A stretch of 64,000 nt of DNA from an uncultured Verrucomicrobiales bacterium (GTDB lineage Bacteria; Verrucomicrobiota; Verrucomicrobiia; Verrucomicrobiales; DEV007). Made by a program: the position numbers and the translations under genes. Of the stretch, positions 40,885 through 49,212 are shown piece after piece. Under the pieces are notes generated by a model. That model had not been told where the DNA came from, searched no databases, and saw nothing but the letters and a program-made list of their open reading frames with translations. Within the stretch, counting starts at the first letter, position 1; every line of letters begins with the position of its first letter. The stretch is from contig CALKOM010000001.1 in NCBI GenBank assembly GCA_938091905.1, positions 47,138-111,137 on the forward strand, written 5' to 3'.

Positions 40885-42822
40885 CTAACGCAGAAACGGT
40901 TTGCCTTGCTGATAGAGCGATAGGCGGCCTTTCAGCTCCTTTATCAACCTGTCATTACGCTGTTTCCGTGCCATGGCGAGCGCACGCTGCGTGAGCTGAC
41001 TGGCCTTCTCAAACTGCTGGTTACTGGCCAGAGCAGTGGCAGCCGTATCGATGGCATGGGGATTGTTTGAGAATCGTTGGAGGATCTTCTGAGCCAAGGA
41101 CAGAGCACGTCTGGGATTGCGGAAAGCCGGGTTGCGACTGGTCGAGAGTACCCAGCAAAGCTGATTGAGTGTTTGGAAATCATCGGGCTTCACTTTGAGT
41201 GCGAATTCGTAGATCGCGGCTGCTTGATCATCTTGTCCAAGACTCTGGTAGGTGTTCCCCAACTGTACTAAGACATCGTGTTGTTTTGGAGCCCGCTTGA
41301 GGAAAGTCTGGAGAATGGTTGCTGCTTCCTTTCCGCGTCGGAGTGCGGTAAGCGTGCGGGCATGGGCGAGCGTCGCTTTGGAGTGTTGGGGATTCAGCTT
41401 CGTTGCCCGTTGGTAGAATGGAAGAGCGATCTTGGGCAAGGCATTCTCCAAGCGATAGGTTTCTCCTAACATATACTGAATATCGGCCTCTTGATAACGC
41501 CGTTTCGCAGCTTCCCCCTCGTCAACCTTGGCGAGCGCCTCTTCGAGATAGCGTCGAGCATGTTCGTTGTAGCCGCCCTCGAGGTAAACTCGAGAAATGG
41601 CCACCGGATGGGTGATAAAGTGATCATTTGACCAGCGACCTGGGAATGGAATGGCATGGTCAGGATGTTTGGAGACGGGTTGTTGTAGGCGCTGGGTCTG
41701 TGCTAGGATCGAGTCTGCCGAGACGGCTCCTTTGGTGAAGCTTACAAGACTTCCACGATGCCAAAGGAAGCTACTAGGCAGAGGGAGGGCTTCCTGTTTG
41801 TAGAGAGTGTTGCGCTGGGCTTGATCGAGAGCCTCGACCATTTCTTGACTGGCACGGCCGGAAGCGAAGGGCCAATTGAGCTTCCTTAGACGTTGCTCCA
41901 GTGCCTTGGGACTTGGGGCTTCCGTACCTTCGATTTTTGACTGAGCCTCTTCGATGTTCAGGGCGACGACTTGAATACCCGCGTTCTGAATGGCCTTATG
42001 TTGCGTTGATAGGAGTTCCATTTCCTTAAGGCAAGGCTGGCACCAGGATGCCCACAGAAGGGTGAGGGTGAGTGGTTGGGTGTCAATGGTGGCGGTGCTA
42101 CCTGACCAGGTGCGGTAGCGAAGCGTCGGTGCAGAACGGGGCTCCGATAGATAGGTCTCCATCGTTGGAGGTGGACTCGGTAGCGTCAACGGTGTTGCTT
42201 TCAATGCAATGGCAGCTTGTTTCGCGGCGGTCGCTTTGCCTGTCCCCTGACGAAGGTGCCATCGGCCGGAGGGTTTCGCTTCGAAAGTCTCGCCTGCCGT
42301 CTGACCTGGCCATGTCACCTGAATCTTTGTTGTTGTGGCTTTGCTACCGAGCCCGAAGTGAAGCCACTTGCTGGACTGGCTTAGGAAGCCATCGCCTGCG
42401 GTGACCTGGCGCGTGAGCTTGGTCCTATCCGAAAGAGTTATGGTGGCGATGGCACCGATAGCATCGCGTGGCGTCCCTTTGCTGGGATCACCTTCGAGGC
42501 GAAGGGCAAGTGTTTTAGCTTTTGTTAGGTAGTCGTTTCGGAGCAGACGCACTCGAGGTCCGGTGCGATTGCTCACCCAGAGATCCAGATCGCCATCTCG
42601 ATCCCAGTCGGTGATGGCAAGGGCGCGGCCGTCGTCTGGCAAACCAAAGCCAGACATCAGGGAGACGTCGGCGAAGCGCTTCCCACGAGTATTGAGAAAG
42701 ACACTATTTGGTTCGCGACCTGAGAAGGAATTGCCGTTTCGGATGCGCGTGGCGAGATCTTGCCAGGCATCGAGGTAGCCTTGGCCCGGAGTGGTAGTTT
42801 CTTTGCTAGGACTTTGCGACAC
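40885..42822 (-). CDS. ASPIC/UnbV + thioredoxin-like (WCQPC) + TPR region; probably the C-terminal half of a UGA-readthrough protein
   Basis: SFSGREPN, DWDRDGDLD, AIGA, GFLSQSSKWLHFGLG, WASWCQPC, C-terminal TPRs. In frame with the upstream ORF; the GTG start has no clear RBS. Confidence 0.8.
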   Translation of the reverse strand: MSQSPSKETTTPGQGYLDAWQDLATRIRNGNSFSGREPNSVFLNTRGKRFADVSLMSGFGLPDDGRALAITDWDRDGDLDLWVSNRTGPRVRLLRNDYLTKAKTLALRLEGDPSKGTPRDAIGAIATITLSDRTKLTRQVTAGDGFLSQSSKWLHFGLGSKATTTKIQVTWPGQTAGETFEAKPSGRWHLRQGTGKATAAKQAAIALKATPLTLPSPPPTMETYLSEPRSAPTLRYRTWSGSTATIDTQPLTLTLLWASWCQPCLKEMELLSTQHKAIQNAGIQVVALNIEEAQSKIEGTEAPSPKALEQRLRKLNWPFASGRASQEMVEALDQAQRNTLYKQEALPLPSSFLWHRGSLVSFTKGAVSADSILAQTQRLQQPVSKHPDHAIPFPGRWSNDHFITHPVAISRVYLEGGYNEHARRYLEEALAKVDEGEAAKRRYQEADIQYMLGETYRLENALPKIALPFYQRATKLNPQHSKATLAHARTLTALRRGKEAATILQTFLKRAPKQHDVLVQLGNTYQSLGQDDQAAAIYEFALKVKPDDFQTLNQLCWVLSTSRNPAFRNPRRALSLAQKILQRFSNNPHAIDTAATALASNQQFEKASQLTQRALAMARKQRNDRLIKELKGRLSLYQQGKPFLR

Positions 42823-44631
42823 GACCTGCCGCCAGTAGAAGCCTCACAAATCACCGGTGTCTTCCTGAGTGATGAAGCCATTGGCCACAATCAAATCTTG
42901 CCAACCGTCATTGTTGAAGTCGGCAAAGGCAGATCCCCAGGCCCAGCGTCCTTGGGTGACAGCAGCGGACACGCTGACATCCTCGAAGCCCTTGCCAGGT
43001 CCGAGATTGTGGAAGAGGGAGTTTCCTCTGGCGTGCCGGACAAATAGATCGCGGGTGGTGGTGTCTTCGTTTGCGAGGAAACGGGCCTGCTTGGCGATTC
43101 GATTACCTGCGGAGGAGAACATGTTGCTAACATAGATGTCAAAAAATCCATCGTTGTCGTAATCACCCCAGGCGGCGGACATTCCGGCAGCGATGTCGAG
43201 CGTACCGCTACTCTCGGCCACGTCAGTGAATCGAATTTGGTCTCGGACCTTGTCTTGGCGGTAGAGATTGTTGCGACCGAAATCATTGGCGACATAGAGA
43301 TCGAGATCGCCGTCCCGATCATAGTCTGCCCACGCTGCTGCATAGCTGTAACGCGTGTTGTTCGCATCGAGCCCCACTCGTTGGGTCACGTGGCGAAAGC
43401 GGAACTCGCCGTCATTTCGCAACAGCGAATTACGGCCGCCATTGGTGGCATCTTGATACGGCACGGGACGAGCTAGGGCCACGTTTCTATCCACGTGCCC
43501 ACGACGATCGTAGCAGGCTGCAAAGATGTCTAGATCGCCGTCCTGATCGTAGTCTGCGGCAGCGAGTGAGTAGGGGACCGCAAAGGGGAGTACCTCGGCA
43601 GAGCGCACGGTGAATCGTCCCGAGCCATCGTTCTCTTGGATAACGAGGCCTTCGGCTACGGAAACGACAAGGTCCTGATCGCCGTCGTTGTCGAGATCAA
43701 TGAAGAGGGCACCTCGGCTAGTTTCTAACCAATCTACTCCGGCCGCAGTAGCGACATCGCCTGCCGTGCCATCGGCGCGTGCAAGGAACAAACGGTTGGG
43801 CAAGCCGCCACTCTGACACACGTAGAGATCCTCCATACCATCACCATTGGCATCGCCAACGGCCAAGCCGTTCCATCCCCCCACTTTGAGGCCGACGCGC
43901 GTATCGAGTCGAGCCAGCCAATGATCCAGACCGTGAGCGAGTTGGTTTTGAAATGCAGGATCGCGACCGACCACTGTGGCTGTCGCTTCTGTGAAGAGAG
44001 CGCCTCGCGTTGATGTGGTGATGACCTCTTCGTAGTCATCGACAATGAAACGTTCCAAGGCGAGTGACGTTCCCGTCCGTTTCCAGCTGCATGACCAAGT
44101 GCTATTGACTTGTAAGTCCTTGCCATCGGAGGTTTCACCATCTAACCGAATTTCTAAGCGGGTTTCCACCCGTGTTGCGGAAGTTTCCACGCCGACCGTC
44201 TTAAACTTTACATTGAGTGGGCCTGTACTTAGTCCCTTGGTTAGACTCAGAACTGCTTGGGTCCAGCCACTGGGCCCATGAAGCTTGTCCGATGCGTCGC
44301 GACCGGCGCGGTGGACTTGCAGGACATCGTCGATGTATGCCTGGTCGCGCTTCGTCGGACGTAGCGGGGCGCCGCGAAAGTTGTGAGCAGCAATTCCTTC
44401 TAATCCGGCTGCTTGAGTGCCAGAGGCGAGCGTTTCTTTGAGGGCTTCAAGGCGCGAGCTGGTGACTTCGGCAGCTTGTTCGCTATCCCAGCCGCCATGA
44501 CTAGGATCGTACCTTGGGGTGGCAATACCAGTACCCGGCACTGCAGGGGGGCTTGTTTGTGCAACGGCGCTAGGTCCTCCTAGGAGGATCGCGATGAAAG
44601 ACAGGAGGGGAACGCGCCACATGGTGAACAT
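40885..44631 (-). CDS. candidate selenoprotein, 1248 aa with Sec at residue 596 (FG-GAP - Sec - ASPIC/UnbV - Trx CxxC - TPR)
   Basis: Single in-frame TGA at 42844-42846 in GAT TTG TGA GGC TTC TAC TGG CGG CAG GTC GTG = DL*GFYWRQVV. A SECIS-like hairpin follows immediately. Confidence 0.72.
42808..42846 (-). promoter_or_regulatory. putative bacterial SECIS element
   Basis: UGA GGCUUCUACUG GCGGCA-GGUCG-UGUCGC AAAGUCCU. The upper 6-bp stem starts 11 nt after UGA, the loop begins with G, and the lower pairing is AGGCUU/AAGUCCU. Confidence 0.7.
42844..44631 (-). CDS. secreted FG-GAP/VCBS-repeat (CRTAC1-like) region; probably the N-terminal half of a UGA-readthrough protein
   Basis: Signal peptide; six DxDxDGxxD-type repeats (DANGDGMED, DLDNDGDQD, DYDQDGDLD, DYDRDGDLD, DYDNDGFFD, DFNNDGWQD). 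Ends ...DTGDL-TGA. Confidence 0.85.
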   Translation of the reverse strand: MFTMWRVPLLSFIAILLGGPSAVAQTSPPAVPGTGIATPRYDPSHGGWDSEQAAEVTSSRLEALKETLASGTQAAGLEGIAAHNFRGAPLRPTKRDQAYIDDVLQVHRAGRDASDKLHGPSGWTQAVLSLTKGLSTGPLNVKFKTVGVETSATRVETRLEIRLDGETSDGKDLQVNSTWSCSWKRTGTSLALERFIVDDYEEVITTSTRGALFTEATATVVGRDPAFQNQLAHGLDHWLARLDTRVGLKVGGWNGLAVGDANGDGMEDLYVCQSGGLPNRLFLARADGTAGDVATAAGVDWLETSRGALFIDLDNDGDQDLVVSVAEGLVIQENDGSGRFTVRSAEVLPFAVPYSLAAADYDQDGDLDIFAACYDRRGHVDRNVALARPVPYQDATNGGRNSLLRNDGEFRFRHVTQRVGLDANNTRYSYAAAWADYDRDGDLDLYVANDFGRNNLYRQDKVRDQIRFTDVAESSGTLDIAAGMSAAWGDYDNDGFFDIYVSNMFSSAGNRIAKQARFLANEDTTTRDLFVRHARGNSLFHNLGPGKGFEDVSVSAAVTQGRWAWGSAFADFNNDGWQDLIVANGFITQEDTGDL

Positions 44632-44673
44632 CCTAGAAACAAGGATGTCTCTAAATCAAGCGGAGAGCTGCCG

Positions 44674-45066
44674 TTACCGGCCCTCGTCCTGAGCTTTCTC
44701 AATGGCGCTCATCAATTCCTCATACTCGTCCCGATCCAGCTTCATCTTCTTGTCTGCCAAATGGGCAGCCAAGGCGCGTGAGAAAGACCCATCGAAGAAC
44801 GTCTTCACGACATGATTGAGCATCTTGGCACCAGTCTTGGCACGAGCAGGCCGAGGCATGTAGAGGTAGTTCCTGCCCTCTTTGCGACGCTTCACAAGCC
44901 CTTTATCCTCTTCAAGGATTTGCAGCATTCGCCGGATTGCCATGGGCGTTGGAGCCTTCGGCAGTTTTGATTGAATTTCGAGCACAGAGGCCTCACCTAC
45001 TTCATAGAGGATATCGAGGATCTGACGTTGTCGCCGAGAGAGATGCTTCTGGAAGTCAGTATTCAT
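44674..45066 (-). CDS. BlaI/MecI/CopY-family transcriptional repressor
   Basis: LSRRQRQILDILY..GEASV.EI, L..LEE.KGLV.R.K.GR.Y.Y.P, V.TFFDGS. ATG at 45066. Confidence 0.9.
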   Translation of the reverse strand: MNTDFQKHLSRRQRQILDILYEVGEASVLEIQSKLPKAPTPMAIRRMLQILEEDKGLVKRRKEGRNYLYMPRPARAKTGAKMLNHVVKTFFDGSFSRALAAHLADKKMKLDRDEYEELMSAIEKAQDEGR

Positions 45067-45092
45067 GGCAGCCGAGGAGTTTGAAGGATCCA

Positions 45093-45108
45093 CGCTATGA
45101 AAGTAGCG
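45093..45108. promoter_or_regulatory. palindrome CGCTA-N6-TAGCG, candidate autoregulatory operator
   Basis: Perfect 5-bp inverted arms 27-42 nt upstream of the BlaI-family ATG. A related half-site CGCTACTTT lies at 45146-45154. Confidence 0.5.
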
Positions 45109-45259
45109 AGACTTATTCGATGGTTCAATGAAAAACCGAGGATGGCGCTACTTTTCTCTTTCCGCCCTGGAGATGAGAAGATGGCTAAATTCACACAAAG
45201 AGCTTGGAGCGGTCACGAGCCACGCTAGAGTCCGTATCTAGGGGCTAGAAGCCACATTC

Positions 45260-46345
45260 ATGAATCTTGACGAAACATTTCCGGAAGAACTTTCCCAACA
45301 GCAAGTCATGGCCATGGTGGCGGCTGCTGAAGCGCGAAAGTCGAAGATGGTCGCGCTCATGATCGCGATTGGTGCCCATGTGGTGTTGATCGGTGGGCTT
45401 CTCTTCGTTGTCTTTGGCGAAGTCCTGGAACGTCAGCCTAATCTCATTATTTCAGCGCCCTACACGCCGTTGGAACAGTTGAAACCGGCCAAAAAAGATT
45501 TGGTTCAGGTGAAGGCGCAGAAGCCTGCAGCGCCCTCCGCATCCATGAGCAAGGTGATCGTTGCTCAAAATGTGGTGAGCGCCATTCCAATGCCTATTGT
45601 GGAGGAGTTCGACGAGGATACCGTCAACTTCGGGACCGGGTTTGGTGAGGGCATGGGTTCAGGGATGGGTGGATTTGGTGGTCAAGGTCGAGGCGGTTCC
45701 TTCTTTGGGACGCCCGCTGCGGGAAACTCTATCATTCTTGTCATTGATGTTTCTACGAGCATGGATCGAGAGTGCGGAGAAAGTGGTATCGCGGCGATTC
45801 GTGCAGAGATCGAACGGACGATCAACGCGCTGACGCCGTCTTCTCGGTTCAACATTATCTGCTTTGGTAATCTTGCTGATGGTTTCAAAAAAGGGCCAGT
45901 GGGTGCCTCTAGCAAGAACAAGAAAGCGGCCATTACTTTCATGAAAGATTACTATACCCGAGAAGGGTTCACTCGCTCGCGGACCGGCAACAACTACTCG
46001 GATAAAGAAATGCCTTATGTGCCTATCCGGCCTGATGATTTCAAAGCAATGAAAGGCACTTCGGGTGGCTCCCGATATGACTTGGCGCTGGTTGCGGCCT
46101 TTGAGCAGGCGCCGGAGACGATTTTTCTCCTTACTGACGGCCAGCCAAGTACCCGGTTGGATGGACAGACGCTCTCTGACCGCGATATTCTGAACATCGT
46201 TAAAAAAGCGGGCCGTCGCACCGGCGGCAGCAAACGAACTGTGGTCAATGGTATTAGTGTAAACGGTATTGCGAAAGGTTTCCTGAGGGACATCGCAAAA
46301 GCTTTCCGTGGCACTGTCAAAGTAATTGAGCCAAAGAAGCTCTAG
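45260..46345 (+). CDS. membrane-anchored von Willebrand factor A domain protein
   Basis: N-terminal TM helix, Pro/Gly-rich linker, MIDAS VIDVSTSM, FLLTDG. Confidence 0.82.
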   Translation: MNLDETFPEELSQQQVMAMVAAAEARKSKMVALMIAIGAHVVLIGGLLFVVFGEVLERQPNLIISAPYTPLEQLKPAKKDLVQVKAQKPAAPSASMSKVIVAQNVVSAIPMPIVEEFDEDTVNFGTGFGEGMGSGMGGFGGQGRGGSFFGTPAAGNSIILVIDVSTSMDRECGESGIAAIRAEIERTINALTPSSRFNIICFGNLADGFKKGPVGASSKNKKAAITFMKDYYTREGFTRSRTGNNYSDKEMPYVPIRPDDFKAMKGTSGGSRYDLALVAAFEQAPETIFLLTDGQPSTRLDGQTLSDRDILNIVKKAGRRTGGSKRTVVNGISVNGIAKGFLRDIAKAFRGTVKVIEPKKL

Positions 46346-46379
46346 AACACCTTAAAATAACACTTACCCTGAATTAATC

Positions 46380-47138
46380 ATGAAGCTAGCATCACTTGTT
46401 ACCACGTTAGGCGTCGTTGGCGCCCTCGCCCTTCCTCTCAGCGCTCAAGATGGGAAGGAAGTTTCTCACGAAGACGGTAGCTACGCCTTTGGTACTCAAT
46501 TCGGGGGGCAGTTTAAGGAGGGTGAAGTAAGTATCGATGATTTCGTTGCGGGCTTCCGTGATCAGCTTTCCGGTAAAAAGACTAGGATCGCTGAGTCGGA
46601 GCTTGAGAGTGCATTCCGAGCGTGGCAGAGCGGTCTTCAGAAAAAGCGCAAAGATGCTGCGGCAAAGGAGGGAGAGGTGAATCTCGCGGCCGCTGAAGCT
46701 TTTCTAAAAGAGAATGGAGCAAAAGAAGGCGTGAAGACCACGGCAAGTGGATTGCAATACATTGTCCTAAAAGAGGGCTCTGGTGTTTCGCCTACGGCGA
46801 CCGATAAGGTAAAGGCCCATTATCATGGAACGCTGGTGGATGGCACGGTCTTTGATAGCTCAAAGGAGCGTGGTCAGCCTTTTGAGACTCAGGTGAACCG
46901 TGTGGTTAAAGGTTGGATCGAAGGTCTTCAGCTTATGAAGCCGGGTGCTTCCTATCGATTCTTCATTCACCCAGATCTGGCGTATGGACCTCGTGGGCAG
47001 AACAAGATTCCGGCGAACTCGTTACTGATCTTTGATCTCGACCTGATTGAGGTTATCTCGGCACCCAAAAAGAAGCCAAAGATTCAAGCGGTGACGCCAC
47101 CTGTGGCGATTCCGCCGCTAAAGAAGAAGGATAAGTAG
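46380..47138 (+). CDS. FKBP-type peptidyl-prolyl isomerase (FkpA/Mip-like), exported
   Basis: Signal peptide, SYAFG, TASGLQY, HYHGTLVDGTVFDSS, GWIEGLQLM, LAYG, IPANS.LIFD. Confidence 0.94.
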   Translation: MKLASLVTTLGVVGALALPLSAQDGKEVSHEDGSYAFGTQFGGQFKEGEVSIDDFVAGFRDQLSGKKTRIAESELESAFRAWQSGLQKKRKDAAAKEGEVNLAAAEAFLKENGAKEGVKTTASGLQYIVLKEGSGVSPTATDKVKAHYHGTLVDGTVFDSSKERGQPFETQVNRVVKGWIEGLQLMKPGASYRFFIHPDLAYGPRGQNKIPANSLLIFDLDLIEVISAPKKKPKIQAVTPPVAIPPLKKKDK

Positions 47139-47153
47139 GCCATTGGTTTCACG

Positions 47154-47573
47154 ATGATCGCTGGGACCGAGCGTTTCACCTTTGGCACGCGTGGGAAGGG
47201 CACCTACGAGATCACTCAGGAAGTCCAAGCCTGTGTCGATCGGGCAGGATTAGAGCAAGGGACGGCTACTATCTTTGTGCAGCATACGAGCTGCAGTCTT
47301 GTACTTTTTGAAAATGCAGATCCCAGCGCTCGCACGGATCTGCATGGCTACTTTGATCGATTGGTGCCAGAAGATGCGCCCTACTTTGTGCATACTTACG
47401 AAGGTCCAGATGACATGCCGAGTCACATTCGCATGGCACTGACACGCTCATCTGAGGTCATTCCGGTCAGTGATGGTCGTCTTTTGTTAGGCACCTGGCA
47501 GGGAATTTTCCTCTTCGAGCACCGGACGGCGCGGCATCAGCGCAAACTTGTGGTGTCGGTCATCGGTGTTTAG
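47154..47573 (+). CDS. yjbQ: YjbQ/UPF0047 family protein
   Basis: HTSCSL..ENADP, H..EGPDDMPSHI, LGTWQGIFLFEHR. Confidence 0.9.
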   Translation: MIAGTERFTFGTRGKGTYEITQEVQACVDRAGLEQGTATIFVQHTSCSLVLFENADPSARTDLHGYFDRLVPEDAPYFVHTYEGPDDMPSHIRMALTRSSEVIPVSDGRLLLGTWQGIFLFEHRTARHQRKLVVSVIGV

Positions 47574-47610
47574 CCTGACGTTTCTGCCTGTTTGCTTTCT
47601 TCCTCACGAA

Positions 47611-47785
47611 TTCGTTGTACTAGGCTCTGTGCCCTCTCCACTTCGAGCACGCCAAGCACTGCGTCTCTTCCCAACACTTGCCGCATTCCGGGCAGGTCTC
47701 GTTCAAATCAAACATGTTTCAGAAGCATCCGCAACGATAAGACCAATGGTCGGTCCTATCTGATTGTTCATCTCCACTTGGGATA
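47611..47785 (-). pseudogene. eroded small Cys/Trp-rich (zinc-ribbon-like) protein
   Basis: The minus frame reads DHWSYRCGCF*NMFDLNETCPECGKCWEETQCLACSKWRGHRA*YNE, with stops at 47719-47721 and 47620-47622. It is absent from the ORF track. Confidence 0.55.
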
Positions 47786-47796
47786 AGAGGAAAGCC

Positions 47797-48258
47797 CTAT
47801 TTGAAGGCGTAGGCCACAGCCCAGTGGGCTTCCTGTTTGTCCTTGGTCGTGATCTTAAAGGCGATGTAATAAGTGCCGGATTTAGGCACAGACACTTGGG
47901 CGCCAATCCAATTCGAGCCCTTCTCAACTTTGCCTTCGAAGGACTTGGTTCCTTTCTTGTTGTAGACCGCGATTGCCATGGTGGAGTCATCAGACTCGGT
48001 GCCGACCCAGAACCAGTAAGAGTTTCCCTTAACCAAATGGTGCTTGATAGCGTAGCCTTCGCCTGAGGCGGAAGAACCTTGCCAGAAGTCTTTGCGAAGA
48101 GTGTAGCCGCCTTTCTCTGAGACATGTTTCTCGGCACCCTCAAGGGCGAAACTGAGTGCATCGACAACGAATGCTTGCGCCTGACTGAACATAAAAACAC
48201 ATGCTAGGAGGTAGGTGCCGAGCCGGTACAGAGAGGAGTGTGAGCGCGCTGTCGTCAT
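47797..48258 (-). CDS. hypothetical secreted protein (small beta-sandwich-like)
   Basis: Signal peptide ending AQA; ATGA overlap with the upstream gene; SGTYYI motif. Confidence 0.7.
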   Translation of the reverse strand: MTTARSHSSLYRLGTYLLACVFMFSQAQAFVVDALSFALEGAEKHVSEKGGYTLRKDFWQGSSASGEGYAIKHHLVKGNSYWFWVGTESDDSTMAIAVYNKKGTKSFEGKVEKGSNWIGAQVSVPKSGTYYIAFKITTKDKQEAHWAVAYAFK

Positions 48259-49067
48259 GGTGTCAGGGTCTCCTTTCTCAATTGCGCGCTGATACTCTGG
48301 ATGTCGGCTACCCGCTGCTTTGAGATGACGCCTTCGTCGGTCATCAGTGGTTGTAGCTTGTCCAGACCAGCGATGATCTTCTTCATCCGTGGGCTTTTCT
48401 GAAAGCTTCGCACTTCTTTAAAAGTGGTTGTGAAATGGTCTAACAACTGAGGCTGATGAAGAATTTCTGATTTCTTGGCACTGTAGTCTCGGTTGATGAG
48501 CGCGGTGATGATTTCGGTTCCTCGAATCCAGCCTCCTACACTGACGCATTGCGCAAGGTCTTGGTCGCGACGCTTCTCCATTTCATCGCGGACAGTTTGG
48601 CGTGTGGCGTCAAATTCTTCGCGGACGGCGCTCCAGTCGCCATCGTTAGCTTCATCGATGATGGCCTTTGTGTGCTTGATCACGGCACTCCTTAATCCTA
48701 ACTCTTCCGCAACTGAAAGCACGGTACGACCGATGGAGCGGATCGCTTCGCGGTCCTGCGCTTCGACCGCGAGGAACCCCTCGGCCACCACGCGTCCCAG
48801 AAAGAGCGCGTACTGATTTCGATCTCTGCAGGTTTCCCTCTCCGGGACCTTGAGCTCATCACGCCAGTCATTTCTCGCGACGTCGAACTTGTCGAGTACA
48901 TTGAAGATCTCGCTTGGAATCGGGACGACAACCTTCTTGTGCTTCTTCGCGATCTCACTAAATCTAACGACGTCTGCTTCATCCGCCATGGCGGCGATGG
49001 GTGCAGCGAGAAGAATCCCGAGGGCAGGCAGAACCTTGCTGCGGGACAGGGAATGGAGTGATTTCAT
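48255..49067 (-). CDS. hypothetical secreted helical protein
   Basis: Signal peptide ending AMA-D; 270-aa ORF coupled to the downstream gene. Confidence 0.72.
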   Translation of the reverse strand: MKSLHSLSRSKVLPALGILLAAPIAAMADEADVVRFSEIAKKHKKVVVPIPSEIFNVLDKFDVARNDWRDELKVPERETCRDRNQYALFLGRVVAEGFLAVEAQDREAIRSIGRTVLSVAEELGLRSAVIKHTKAIIDEANDGDWSAVREEFDATRQTVRDEMEKRRDQDLAQCVSVGGWIRGTEIITALINRDYSAKKSEILHQPQLLDHFTTTFKEVRSFQKSPRMKKIIAGLDKLQPLMTDEGVISKQRVADIQSISAQLRKETLTP

Positions 49068-49212
49068 AAAGACAGCACGGAAGATAAGCTGGGCGACTGG
49101 ATTTGCCAGAACTAGTTCGGGTCGACGGGCAGCATGTTAGACGGGAGAAGGGGTGAATTTCTCGTCAGGAATGACTTGCGGCCAGGCACGATGGGGCGCA
49201 GAGGTCACGCCC

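Noticed and set aside
42860..43870. Recurring gtcgtt/atcgccgtc-like words suggesting a DNA repeat array
   Set aside because: They encode FG-GAP DxDxDG repeats; there are no identical, regularly spaced repeats as in a CRISPR array.
47719..47721. Second possible selenocysteine UGA in the Cys-rich remnant
   Set aside because: The context suggests Trp, the same remnant also has a TAG and a frameshift, and no start codon for the whole unit is evident.
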